Shown here piece after piece: positions 51,695 to 64,000 of a stretch of DNA of 64,000 nt (the stretch's first letter is position 1; every line of letters begins with the position of its first letter). The notes beneath the pieces were generated by a model. The model had not been told where the DNA came from. It was given only the letters and a program-made list of their open reading frames with translations, and made no database searches. This DNA comes from Octopus sinensis. Lineage: Eukaryota. The translations under genes were made by a program, and so were the position numbers. The stretch spans positions 2,487 to 66,486 of the forward strand of contig NW_021830450.1 in the NCBI RefSeq assembly GCF_006345805.1, in the 5' to 3' direction.

Positions 51695-52248
51695 TGCCCT
51701 GATGCAGTACCAGGCAGTGGCTCTCATGGCTTCTGATCTTAACTGATTGGAAGTGTTATCATGTACATTGTTTTGTCTTGGTATAAAAGATGGGCTACAG
51801 CAAATATTCTGCTCAATACCACAGATTTGCTTGTCAGTTGTTTGACCTTAACCAGTTGAGCATGTCCCTTAGTGGCTGACGATATGTGCATCTCTGATCA
51901 CGAGCAGAAGTAGTGGGGGAGCATCATAGCCATGTGTTGAGAGGGATTCTTGGGGGTTTGAATAGTTCACCTCTGGAAACATGGGGGTTCTTTCAACATC
52001 CTTAAACAACCCTTATTCAGGGACCTTTTGAGCGGGATGGGCTACTCAACCTGAAGAAAATTCTAACTGGGCCCCACCTGCAAGGTCATGTGCTGTTTAT
52101 CTTGATATGAGATCACCATGTCGCGCACATATGGTTGTGATGCATGTGCCTGGTGTACCTTTATCAGACGGGTAGTCATGATGGGTATATTGGGCTTCGT
52201 ATATTTTACCCCAGTGTCACTTTGATGACATGCACTGCTCTCTCACTC
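51695..52248 (+). mobile_element. Non-coding (TAA)n-embedded retroposon, longest copy (554 bp)
   Basis: Flanked by TAA tracts; no long ORF; 3 other copies share the 3' end. Confidence 0.85.
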
Positions 52249-52281
<33 letters not shown>

Positions 52282-52935
52282 AAGATGAAGAAGATAAAAG
52301 AAGAAAATGTATTCATCATTATCGTCATCATCATCACAATAATCACATACATATATAGCGTGAGAGAGAGAGGGGGGAAGGAGTGAGAAAGAGAGAGGGG
52401 GAGGGGGAGTGAGAAAGAGAGAGAAGGAGATAGTGAGAGGTGATGAAGTGTGTAACTAAGCAAAAATATGTTAGTGTGATCGCATATTGGGGAATCAAAT
52501 CTAAATTTTACCCCCGAGTACCTAAGTCACTATTCCTGAGAGCCCCCACCCCCCCGCAAATCAATCAAAACACATTGTACAGAATATGTTTGTCTTTACT
52601 TTCAACGAGGTCATAGGCATAAACTGTTGTCTTTATTTAACATGGGATGCAAATATTCAGCTGAAATCTGTAATATTATAGGTCCATGCATATTTCACAT
52701 ACAGTGGCCGGAATTCAAAATTGTTTTGGAGAACTGCTTAGTTATAGGCTATAAACACCAGTTGTCAAGCAGTGTGGCGGTGTAAAAACAGAGATACAAA
52801 GACACACACATATAAATACATATATAGGTCTCGCTCACTCTCTCTTTTCATCTCTCTCTCTATCTATCTATCTATCTCTATCTATCTATCTATCTATCTA
52901 TCTCTATCTATCTATATCTTCTATCTATCTATCTA

Positions 52936-53033
<98 letters not shown>

Positions 53034-53109
53034 TATATACACATATATATAATATCTACCTATCTACACACACACACATACACACACAAACACACATATA
53101 TATACATGC

Positions 53110-53225
53110 ACGAGTTTATTTCCGTTTCCGAGTACCAAATTCACTCCAGATGCCACGCAATGGGACTGAACCTGGAACCCTGTAATTTGGAAGTTAAGTT
53201 CTACAGCACAGCCACGCCTGCACCT
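53110..53225 (-). mobile_element. SINE family B, 5' part
   Basis: gatgccacgcaatgggactgaacctggaacc...cacagccacgcctgcacc. Confidence 0.65.
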
Positions 53226-53479
53226 AATACTAACTGTATACTTAAGATATAACTAAATTGCTTTTGTAATGAAAGAAAAATGAATGCGTAGCCATCAAAT
53301 GGTTGAGGCGCATAAACAGCTGTGAACAATCGTTTGTTATGAATTCGTAATCCTTTGCATATTCGTGTGTTTTGGAAGAATCCATCTTGGTCCTTAGGAC
53401 AGCGCGACGCCATTGTTGATCCGGTTTCCGTGAAGTACACACATGACTGAGATCAGAACATAAACTGGATGCCGGTCCG

Positions 53480-53645
53480 TTCTAGGGTTCAAATCCTCAA
53501 CTAGTACTCTTTTTAGCGACCCCGAAGCGATGAAAGGCAAAATTAACCTCGGCAGGTTTAGAATTTAGAACATAAAGAGTCCGAAGAAATTTTGCCAAGC
53601 ATTTTGTCCGATGTGATAACGATTCTGCCAGTTTTCTGCCTTGTA
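53480..53645 (-). mobile_element. SINE family A
   Basis: gaccccgaagcgatgaaaggcaaaattaacctcggcagg...gcattttgtccg...gattctgccag. Confidence 0.7.
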
Positions 53646-54484
53646 TCGATCTGTATAAATTAAGAAATCGATTACGTAACGGAATAGGTTTAGTTTATTG
53701 AAGCGAGGAAGCAATTCTAGAAATTAAAATCCACAATTTTGAAAATTCGAATAGTCTTTAATTAAAAGCAACAGAAAGAAAAGTTAGGGAAAGCTGGTGT
53801 TTTAAATATTCCAAATGTGGAATTCGTTTTATTCCACTCTTTACTCCTCTTCCACACTTTCTGGATATAACTGTCTCTTGTTCCTTAAAACCAACTGGTC
53901 ATGTGTACGTGTGTTAAAACACATTGGATTAAGTAGTAAAAGAAAATGCTTACAGCCAATTGTATTCGGTTCTGGAATTTACTGCGCTCCGTAAATGACG
54001 TCAGCATATGCTTGGTTCTTATCAGATTGGATTACAAGCGTCGAATAAATTAGCAATTAAGTCAGAAAAGACCGAGAATAAATCCTTCTTATGTGTGTGT
54101 TTGTGTAAACATTACTTCACTGTGGCTTAAGTAAGGATATAGGCACATTTTTGTGCAGAGAAAAAAGAGACAAAAGGAAATGAGTTTCTTAATGGACTGT
54201 TTCAGGGTTTGTGAGTGCTCCTCAGAGACGACGTACTCTCCAGTCATTAACATAGATTAGCTGCCATATATATGCACCGGTGTGAATAACCCAATGTATA
54301 TATTTGTGCTTTTGATGGCTCGTTATTGGTTAAATATTATCTAGATTAGAGACTCCCCCATTTTCTAGTGCGCAATAACGTGTACAAAATCCTTTTACAC
54401 TCTTATTTGACACAGTGTAAGGCGTTGTATTGTGTAAATGTAATCAAAAAGTCATACTGTACTGCGCTGACAATGTAACATACG

Positions 54485-54565
54485 TGCTGTTGGCGATTTC
54501 TTTCCTTTCTTTGGACTATTCCCTATCTTCTTTCCGACGAAGTGCTATGCTCGAAACATCAAACT
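54485..54565 (+). mobile_element. Diverged single-arm copy of the 38.6 kb hairpin element with a degenerate hammerhead-like motif
   Basis: gttggcgattt...ttt-CCGACGA-A-GTGC/TAT/GCTC-GAAACATC-AAAC (core at 54534). Confidence 0.55.
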
Positions 54566-55155
54566 CTCTCCTTTCAACGCGTGTCAAGCTAACGTACTCT
54601 TGTCTGTTAATTTTATTATTCGGTTTTTTAATTGATTGTTTATTTGAATTGACTGTATATTTATATGTGTGTGCGTGTGTGTGTGTGTGTGTGAGTGAAT
54701 GTGTGTGTGTGTGTGTGTGTGTGAATGTGTGTGTGTGTGTGTGTGTGAATGTGTGTGTGTGTGTATAATTTTTAAACAAAACAGTAAACATTAAAGCAAG
54801 GTAAACATCTCAAATCGTATACAATTATATATCTGCTGTATCTGAAACCTGCAATGGGTCCATAAAACCGTCCCGGCGATAACCTTGGAACCCCAGTAAT
54901 CAGTTGCAGCACTTAGCGTACCTAATAGTTTATATCTCTTACAAAGGGGTCTAATGCTCTTAGCTTAGACTTTTTGGGCGGCAACCAGATCGAACCATCT
55001 CAAGTGTAACTGTCCGAAATGGTCGTGACTTCTGGGACTTGACTGATGAAAGAAAGCCAAGAATGACCCGTCTTTTTTGCCGGTCCATCTAATTGTTGTT
55101 CTTCTTGTCCGCCGATCTGCTCGAACGTTTTAATGCCCTCTATTGCGTTTTTGTT

Positions 55156-55220
<65 letters not shown>

Positions 55221-55223
55221 GGA

Positions 55224-55256
<33 letters not shown>

Positions 55257-55299
55257 AATATATAGATATTATAATATATATATATATATATATAGATAT

Positions 55300-55372
<73 letters not shown>

Positions 55373-55379
55373 GATATAT

Positions 55380-55640
55380 ATAGATAGATAGATTATTAGA
55401 TAGACATATATATATATACACATATGTATATATAGACATACATATATATATATATTGGAAGGTTTGGAGATGATGTACAGGTATTTTATATTAGAAGAAA
55501 TGAGGTACTCAGAAAATCGGATGGTTCATATTTACAGATATTTATTTGTATATTACATTTTTTATATTTCATATAACTTAGATCATGTATTAGCGCTTTC
55601 TCCCATTCTAGTGGGGGTTTTCAAATCAAATGTGTGTATG

Positions 55641-55689
<49 letters not shown>

Positions 55690-55710
55690 TTATATATATA
55701 TATATATAGT

Positions 55711-55764
<54 letters not shown>

Positions 55765-56044
55765 GATAGATAGATATATATATATATAGTAGATAGATTA
55801 TTAGATAGACATATATATATATACACATATGTATATATAGACATACATATATATATATATTGGAAGGTTTGGAGATGATGTACAGGTATTTTATATTAGA
55901 AAAATGAGGTACTCAGAAAATCGGATGGTTCATATTTACAGATATTTATTTGTATATTACATTTTTTATATTTCATATAACTTAGATCATGTATTAGCGC
56001 TTTCTCCCATTCTAGTGGGGGTTTTCAAATCAAATGTGTGTATG

Positions 56045-56085
<41 letters not shown>
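55380..56085. repeat. Local tandem duplication, period ~405 bp, bounded by (GATA)n/(AT)n
   Basis: tggaaggtttggagatgatg at 55456 and 55861; ~200-bp cores near-identical. Confidence 0.9.
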
Positions 56086-56135
<50 letters not shown>

Positions 56136-56817
56136 GAGAGAGAGAAAGAGAGAAAGAGAGAGAGAGAGAGAGAGAGCCAATTCAAGAATATCATATCCTC
56201 ATTAGGCATTAATAAATCCAAAGTTTCACTGGTTTAATCTCCATCAGATTAGAAGAAAATCTCCACAATGTTTTATGGATTATTATAAGAGGTAAAATTA
56301 ATAATGTGAGAAAATGTCGAGTTGAGGATGTAGAGTTAATTTATTTGTATCACTGTCTGTTATTAAAATCTAAATACACATAAATATTTAAAAAACACAA
56401 CAGAAGACTCAAAAGCTACATGTGTGCCGATTCTGGAGCTTTGGTAATGCATAATTCAAAGCATTTCGGTTAAATCCAATGTTATGAGGTTGTTCTCAAT
56501 TTTAGCTGTATGGAGCAGGGTGTTTTGTTTTAATAAAACGAAGGTTACATATTTCTTGAAGGGATTCAAATCGACAACTAAAGAAGTTTAAAATGTTATT
56601 TCCTAAATGTTGCGTGTATTTGTAAGTAAAATAAAGATAAAATAAAAGAAAGATAAAATAAAATAAACATATATTTAAAAATATATGAATAATAAGATAA
56701 AAATAATATTACATCTGTAAGGGAAATTAATTTTGTAATAAAATAGATAAAAGTCCAGGCTACATATGTTTTTTTTTCCTTCTACCGATGCGCGAGGCTT
56801 ACCAACTTCCTACATCT

Positions 56818-56860
<43 letters not shown>

Positions 56861-56949
56861 TATATATATTATATATATAATATATATATTTATATATTGG
56901 GCCTGTTTGTGTGTGCGCGCGTGCGAGTGTATAATTTATTTGTTACAGT

Positions 56950-57300
56950 TATTGAACTGCGGCCATACTGGGGCACAGCCCTGAAAGCATTTAATCGAAC
57001 GAATCTACCGCAGTGCATAATTTTAAGCCTGGTACGTATTCTATCGATTCCGTTTGCCGAACCGCTTAGGTGTTGTCAAGCAGTGGCGAGAATAAGCACA
57101 AACAGAAAGACACACACACACACACACACGTACACTTATACGACAGGCTTCTTTCAGTTTCCCTCTACCAAATCTACTCACAAGGCTGAGGCCGACCCGG
57201 GGCTATATTAAAGACACTTGCCCAAGGTGCCACACAGTGGAACTGAACCTGAGACCATGTGACTATGAAAACAACTTCCTTAATACACAGCTAAGCCCGC
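56950..57300 (-). mobile_element. SINE family B, near full length
   Basis: gcggccatactggggcac...gacacttgcccaaggtgccacacagtggaactgaacc. Confidence 0.85.
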
Positions 57301-58940
57301 ATACAAAATATCCAGTAGAGTTCTGCAATGAACATCTTACCGTAGTCTTTCCATTTATCAAGGTTTACTTTAAGTTAAAGGAAGTTTTGCCGCATTTCTC
57401 TTTAATCTTTGGAAAATTTGACCCTACCGAAGCAGAACATAGTGTTTAAGGTTAAAGTTTGAAGTTTATTATCAGAATGAGAAATAGGAATGGGGTTAAA
57501 TGGAAATGAATGAGTTGAAACAGTGAGTTTTCGAATATACTGCTCCGGTTTTCCAGAATATCATAATCTCTGTTGTATAAAAATGCAAAGAAATTCTTCT
57601 TTAAAAAAAAAAGCCCTTAATATTAAATGTGAGTCGTTTATTGCACAACTCTGTACATGCTTTTTTAAATTAGTAGTAAAACTCTTACTTTCGGCTATTT
57701 ATAATGCGACCCACAACTTTTTGAAAAGTATGTGTTAATTTTTATATAATTGATCTGGTAACCCTGAAGTGGTTACTGAGATTTTCTTAGCATACCTGAG
57801 CTGCATTTCTTTATTTTCCTTCATCTCTGCCATCATATCGTTTTTTTTTTTCTTTTCGTTATATATGGAAAACTTAGTAGATTCATGTGGTATTTATTTT
57901 AGATATTAATATATCTGAGCAAGGCTGTGTACTGTAGATATACCATTGTATACTCTAGTACACACACACACACACACATAGACACACGCATATATATATA
58001 CATATATAGTTACACATACATATAGCGAAAGAGTTGAAATATATCCTACACAGAAAATGATACAAGAAAGTAAGATGAATATAAAAAAAATTTGATACAT
58101 ACAATAAATAAATAACTACAAAATAATCGAACTAGAGTAACTGTCAAATGCTCTCACACCTACATACAGACAGACAAATCGATGGTGATTCCAGCAATTT
58201 ATACACACATGCATCTTTACAAATGCATATATATATATATATACAAATATATATATATTTATATATATACACACATATGTGTCTATATATACATATATGT
58301 ATATATAAAGATGCACACACACACATATGTAAATATACAAATACATATACACACACATATATATGTATACACACACACACACACATATATATATATACAA
58401 GCGTATAAATATTCGACCATACGCGCTTAGTTCGAAGCACACACATATACACCTGTACACACCTACTCACACACACACATACACACATACATATATATAT
58501 ACATATATACATATAAATTGCTATAGGAAAGAGAGGTGATAAGGAAACCTTTTGAATGAGGCTTCAGGATTTTATGCTGGTTATTTTGACGAAATTCTCC
58601 ATTTCCGACAAATCTGTCTGGCTTCCACAAACTGCACACAGACAGGACAGAGAGAACTGCGTGGGATATTGCGCAAGCACATATACGCATGCGTACATAT
58701 ACACGAACACAATGAGAGAAGCACGCACGCATAAGTGCATTTGCTTGTGTGTATGTGTGTGCGTGCGTGCGTGCGTGTGCGTGAGCGTGTGTCTGAGTGT
58801 GTGTATGTGTGTGCATGTGTCTCCATTCATATGCTTATGCATGCAGCTTTGAAATACTATTCATAAATATACACAGATACACATGTATGTACGTACGTAC
58901 ATCATATATATTGTTGTGTCAAGGGAGAGTCATTATGCCA

Positions 58941-59014
<74 letters not shown>

Positions 59015-59181
59015 ATGTATGTATGTATGTATGTATGTATGTAGTATGTATACACATGCACACACACACATACGTAAAAGAAAGTAAAGTTGAGGGTTAC
59101 CTCACGAGTAAAAATATAAAGAAAAGAACGTGAAGATGCAGGAGTCTTTTAAAAGACTCCTGCATTTTCACTTTCTTTTCC

Positions 59182-59360
59182 TTGTGTGGCTTAGTGGTTA
59201 GGGTGTTGGACTCGTGATCGCATGATTATGGTTTCGATTCCTGAATCGGGCGATGCGTTGTGTTCTTGGCAAAAAATGAGTAAACCTGCGACGGACCGGC
59301 GTCCCGTCCCGGCGGGGAGTATATACGTCACTGAATCCGGGAAACCAGCCCTTATGAGCC

Positions 59361-59361
<1 letters not shown>
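59182..59361 (+). mobile_element. tRNA-derived SINE (family C-type head) with a V-domain-like segment
   Basis: Box A tggcttagtgg, box B ggtttcgattcc; cctgcgacggaccggcgtcccgtcc resembles the V-SINE domain as I recall it. Confidence 0.65.
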
Positions 59362-59401
<40 letters not shown>

Positions 59402-59560
59402 TACTTAGATGTATATATGTATAAACGCGCACCTATAACACACAGTCACATACATTCGCATGCACATATTATAACATACTTATATAAATATATATACATA
59501 TTATACACATATTTATATACATACATATATAATATGAATAATATATATCTAATATAAATA

Positions 59561-59614
<54 letters not shown>

Positions 59615-59876
59615 ATATTATATATATATATATATATTAATATATATATATATATATATGTGCATATATACATACGTATATGTACATACTTGCATATGTG
59701 GGCATAGGACATCACGAAACGTGTACAACAAAAAATACGAACACGAGTACATGGAACATGAACTATTCTTTCGGAAAAATGAAAGACAGAAATTGAAAAC
59801 GAAACAAACAACACAAAGAAAGACCTTTCATCAGTTATTGGCTGTTTTTCTAGTCTCGTAACACACACAACACACA

Positions 59877-59915
<39 letters not shown>

Positions 59916-61312
59916 CATACAGACACACACAAATATATATACATATTTGCATATGTATATATGGGCATGTATCTCTCTCTGTCCCTATATATATATATAC
60001 ATTTGCACATATATAAACATGCGTTTTCTGCTTATAGTCACTTCGTTGAGCACATGCGAGACAACTGGGGCGTGGTGGTGTAGATCTGCTTGAATGTGTA
60101 TGTGTGTGTGTGTGTGTGTGTGTGTAAGTGAGTGAGTGTGTATGTGTGTGTCTGTGCATACTTCATACTATTTGAAAGTGTAAGAAGGAAGTATTTTCGC
60201 TCCAGTATATAACTGGTACCGAATTTTATTGACTTTCCCGTCATTTTGTCAACCAGAGATATTTGATAGCCGAAGCTGAGCTGAGCGGAGCTAAATTCAA
60301 ATCTCGCTGAGATCAGAGTTTTTTGGTTTTTTTTTTCATTTTGAAGACTCGACAAAATAAAGTACCGGTCCACTTCTGGGATTGTAACAGGCCCCTATTA
60401 CCCATACTTCAAAATTTAAGCCTTGTGTCTAAATAAGAAGTCAATTTTAGTAGCACCTTCGAGGGGTTCAATGTAAAACACGGGGCAATCGCGGATCAGT
60501 GTTCCAGTCCATTGTGTTTAATACAAAGACACACACACACATGTGCATGTGTGTGTACCGTTTACGTTAAATTGAACGAATGGTTGACCAAAATTCGCCA
60601 TTTCAGAGTTCACCACCACGATATTCGTCTTGTATTCGTTCCGCTTAACAAATATCCCAAACTATTCAATTTAATCATATGTGAGTGTGTGTGTGAGCGA
60701 GAGAGAGAGAGAGAAAGAGCGATAGAGAGAGAGAAAAAGAGAGAGAGAATTTATGTATGGCCGCAGAGTTTGAAATTTTGTTTGGTGCCTTGTTGCACAC
60801 TTCGCCTTACAGGGTTGTCGAACATATAGGCCTGACATATGTTCGTCATTGCATATGTAGCAAACATTTACATCTGCTTTCTGCCATCAGCATTTAAAAA
60901 AAAAGTGTGGTTGACCCTACAGAAGCCGTCATCACTGAAAACATCTCATTTATGTGAACTAGCCTAACGGCTAATTGCTGTTAGACGCTCAGACGTAGAA
61001 GCCGATGGTAGAATCCACTATACATACATACATATGTGTGTGTGTGAGTGTGTGTGTGTCATTATAATCAAGGGTAAAATCTCTATAGGGTTTTATCAAG
61101 TAGCTAGCATGTAAAAAAACGTTTAGGTAAAACAATAATACACAGTATTTAATTTTATCAATATAATTATAAAATTATAAGAAGAGCAACTACTGAGTAA
61201 TGCCACATGCTAGAAATAGATGTCAAATGGCTCTGAGACTACCTCATTTATCACATAGACACAGGCTAATATATATATATATATATATATTATTATATAT
61301 ATATATATAAAG

Positions 61313-61350
61313 CTGTTACTCGGAGTTTCACGTTCCCGTTCGTCGGACAG
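61313..61350 (-). ncRNA. Type I hammerhead-like fold with U4C core change
   Basis: CUGU-CCGACGA-ACG/GGAA/CGU-GAAA-CU/CCG/AG-UA-ACAG; all three stems pair. Confidence 0.45.
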
Positions 61351-61779
61351 TTTCACATCGGTGAATGGAATTGTTGAGGCGTTGAAACAACGAGCAAATT
61401 GTCCGACTGTTCTACGGATTTGTTAGTCTTAAAATAGCCAACTTGATACGGAGTGTGATCGTAGTAGAAGACTAATGATTGCGGAATGAAATTAATGTCT
61501 GAACGGTCAAATAAATGTGATGAAACAAGAAAACAAGGACAGAATTTTGAGGATAGGGACGCTTTTCATTAACAAATATAGACATATTACGCGCACGCAC
61601 ACATACACACGTACGAACGCGTATACATGCTTACATACGTACACACATGCTTAACTACGTACATTTATACAAACATAGTTACAGATATATATATACTTGC
61701 ATAGATGCGACATGAGATTGTCGCCAAGACAGTCTACAATATTATACGCAGCGAGGCTTCTTCTGTTTGCCATACCAGA

Positions 61780-62200
61780 AGCTCATTAAAATCAAATGTT
61801 CCCATAGTTTTAGCAATAAAGAATTCTGCTGGATCATTACAATAAAAGCAGAAAGCCATTGTAAGTCAAATGGGGATGAGATGAAGATGTAAGGTGCAGG
61901 GAGCAAAAGCTGTGAACCGTTGCAGAGATCAGATGCCCAGCGGATATGAATGTCTCTTCAAAAATTGGGGAGAAAGAGAACATTCATGGTGATCTAATGA
62001 GAAAACTGCAACTCTTATATCCAGGCCATAAATTTTTGTTTGTTTCTATTGTCATCGCTACACATACCAAGAGCTTTGCATAGAAACCTTGAAGTGCTTG
62101 GGTTAGCCAATATGTCGAGTCAACTGATTCACAATCTCCAGATATAATATCAATCAGAAGAACAGTGAACGCTTGGAAAACATTTGTGGGTTTCTCCATT
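61780..62200 (+). mobile_element. R4/Dong-like REL endonuclease remnant, old
   Basis: EIRCPADMNVSSKIGEKENIHGDLMRKLQLLYP..FLFVSIVI..NLEVLG..LIHNLQI. Confidence 0.65.
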
Positions 62201-62599
62201 CGAGGTTCCTGGTTGAACATCTACTCTCAATCTCTTATACATCTGGAATACATTTGAACTCACACCCATAAACTGTTAGAAAATATACACTTGTGTTCTA
62301 TTGTGATACATGCAGTCACGTGAATAAGTTTATCCACATCTGCTCACACACACAAATATGCAAGTTTATCCACACACACACACAAATATGCATGCGTCAA
62401 TCAACGCAGGTAGTCTCGACTCTAAAATGTTCATTTGACTTAAACAAAAGAGTCTTACCGTGTTTTCTTTGTTCATGACCATCTTGAAGTCTACATAGCA
62501 AAAAAAAAATTACATCCCAAAGAAACATTTCTTCTTCTTCTTCTTCTTCTTCTTCTTCTTCTTCTTTTCTTCTTCTTCTTCTTCTCTTCTTCTCACCAT

Positions 62600-63013
62600 C
62601 ACATCATATCATCATCCAGCCATCGTTGTTCACGATGGCCAGAAAATCATATGGGAAAAGACGGCACAGTATGTCCTTCTGTGACCAACAGTCCGATGCG
62701 TGCCTAGAAGGCTCTGATGCAAGTCGGGTGTCGAAGTTGATCTCAAAGCTCTTCGATGAGCCTTTGACTGTGTCCATGAAGCATTTTTTCTCTTCATCTT
62801 GCTAGCACTTACCTTTCGTCAGTTCACTGTCGAAAAGCATCTCGGGGAGGCATGTGTCGGGCTTTTGAACAAAGTGTCTGGCACGCCTGACTTGAGCTCT
62901 CCTCAGCAAGGTGTAGATGCTTGGCAGATCAGCTCGAGAGAGGGCCTCGGTGTCTGAGACATTGTTTTCCAGAATATTACCACTGTTCGTTGCTGACAGA
63001 ATCACTCTCATCA
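62600..63013 (-). mobile_element. RTE-clade LINE ORF 3' end
   Basis: VSDTEALSRADLPSIYTLLRRAQVRRARHFVQKPDTCLPEMLFDSELTKGK...KKCFMDTVK. Confidence 0.8.
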
Positions 63014-63235
63014 ATCCTAAAAAGGTGAGCAGAGCACTTCAACAACAACCTGAACAGCTTTTTTTTTATTAACTTTGAAGCTGTCTTTCATATGCCCCAA
63101 GTTGACATCAATACGTCGCTGGCAGAGCATCCAAAGGAAGTAAAGGTCCAAAAAGCAAGCATGCTTCTCTCGAACGACAAGGTCCTAGATTCTGACTCCA
63201 TCCCAGCTGAAATATTCAAGAACATCTGAAAACAA
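63014..63235 (+). mobile_element. RTE-clade LINE pre-RT fragment, inverted relative to the adjacent 3' end
   Basis: ILKR*AEHFNNNLN...MPQVDINTSLAEHPKEVKVQKA...DSDSIPAEIFK. Confidence 0.7.
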
Positions 63236-63384
63236 GCTGTCTTGTGACAACAAACCTACATACATGCATACACACACGCACACACTCATGTACATACATG
63301 CATACACACATGCACACATACACATGTACATACATACACATATACATACATACATGCATACATACATACATACAGAATACTTAC

Positions 63385-63428
63385 CTTCACAACCTTGCTA
63401 CTAAGTCGGTGGCCGGTCACAGTTTAAT
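63385..63428 (-). other. Candidate 44-nt non-coding exon
   Basis: Acceptor ttttttttaaaatttag, donor AAG/gtaagt; stops in all 3 frames; splice signals only. Confidence 0.25.
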
Positions 63429-64000
63429 CTAAATTTTAAAAAAAAGGGAAGACTATATAACGACCGTTGGTCACGAGTCTTGGCTAAGTCAACTGTAGCA
63501 GGTTCGTCCTGAAGTAACCCTAATCGCGTGATGAAACGTTGACAATGCCGAAATACGTCCATCTGACATTAAAAGTCAGTTTGAATCTTGCTTGCTTGCT
63601 TAAAATGCTACCCAGCCAAACTGGCGCATAAGGGGAAAATACTATGAATTAAGTTTACCCTTAAATGTTAATACGAACGAAAAGCGGACGAGTAGTTTTA
63701 AAGCTATTAAAGGTTTTTGGGTATAAATGCCCCAAACGGTGCATAATGGGAAAATATTCCAAACGTCCAGATTATATACTCAGCTTATGGATTCACAGCT
63801 ATACTGTTAATAATAGTTGCACTTAGCTTTGTGAGTAAATGCCTAAGTGAGAATGAGGAAACTTTAAGGTTTACAGAAAAACCAAAAAAACCAGTTAACA
63901 CGTACATTATGAATACAATTTCTAAGCGGAACAGTAAAAATACGGAAGACTTTTCTTAAGTTTTAAAATGTTATTTACACATTAAATGAAGGGGTTTTGT

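Noticed and set aside
51695-51780. Possible HDV-like ribozyme at the 5' end of the 554-bp element
   Set aside because: Only a simple hairpin (tgccctg/caggca) could be formed; no P2/P3/P1.1 topology found
53230-53440. Minus-strand ...RLFTAVYAPQ resembling a LINE APE endonuclease motif
   Set aside because: Single short motif without other APE motifs; insufficient support

Overview
AT-rich, microsatellite-saturated eukaryotic DNA. The SINE/LINE families look like those of a coleoid cephalopod, probably Octopus (inference from recalled repeat sequences, not from a database search). I recognise no host protein-coding exon by homology; the window reads as intronic or intergenic, and almost all track ORFs are microsatellite artefacts. 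Contents: many tRNA-derived SINEs of about 3 families; at least 6 decayed R4/Dong-like REL-endonuclease LINE fragments, most stacked in (TAA)n tracts, one split by a 996-bp mariner with a TA duplication; four copies of a ~554-bp non-coding (TAA)n-embedded retroposon; fragments of L1/Tx1-, CR1-, RTE-clade and Penelope-like (PLE) elements. The most notable signal is a set of minimal type I hammerhead-ribozyme (HHR)-like motifs. A 431-bp near-perfect palindrome (46422-46852) has one HHR per strand with a compensatory U3-A8 core pair. A 3x ~608-bp tandem array (38302-40135) has a hairpin with opposed HHR motifs in each unit. Further dispersed copies carry core variants (CCGACGA, CUGUCGA, CAGACGA). 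All folds were done by eye and activity is untested. Repeat boundaries are approximate unless a TSD or arm end is quoted.
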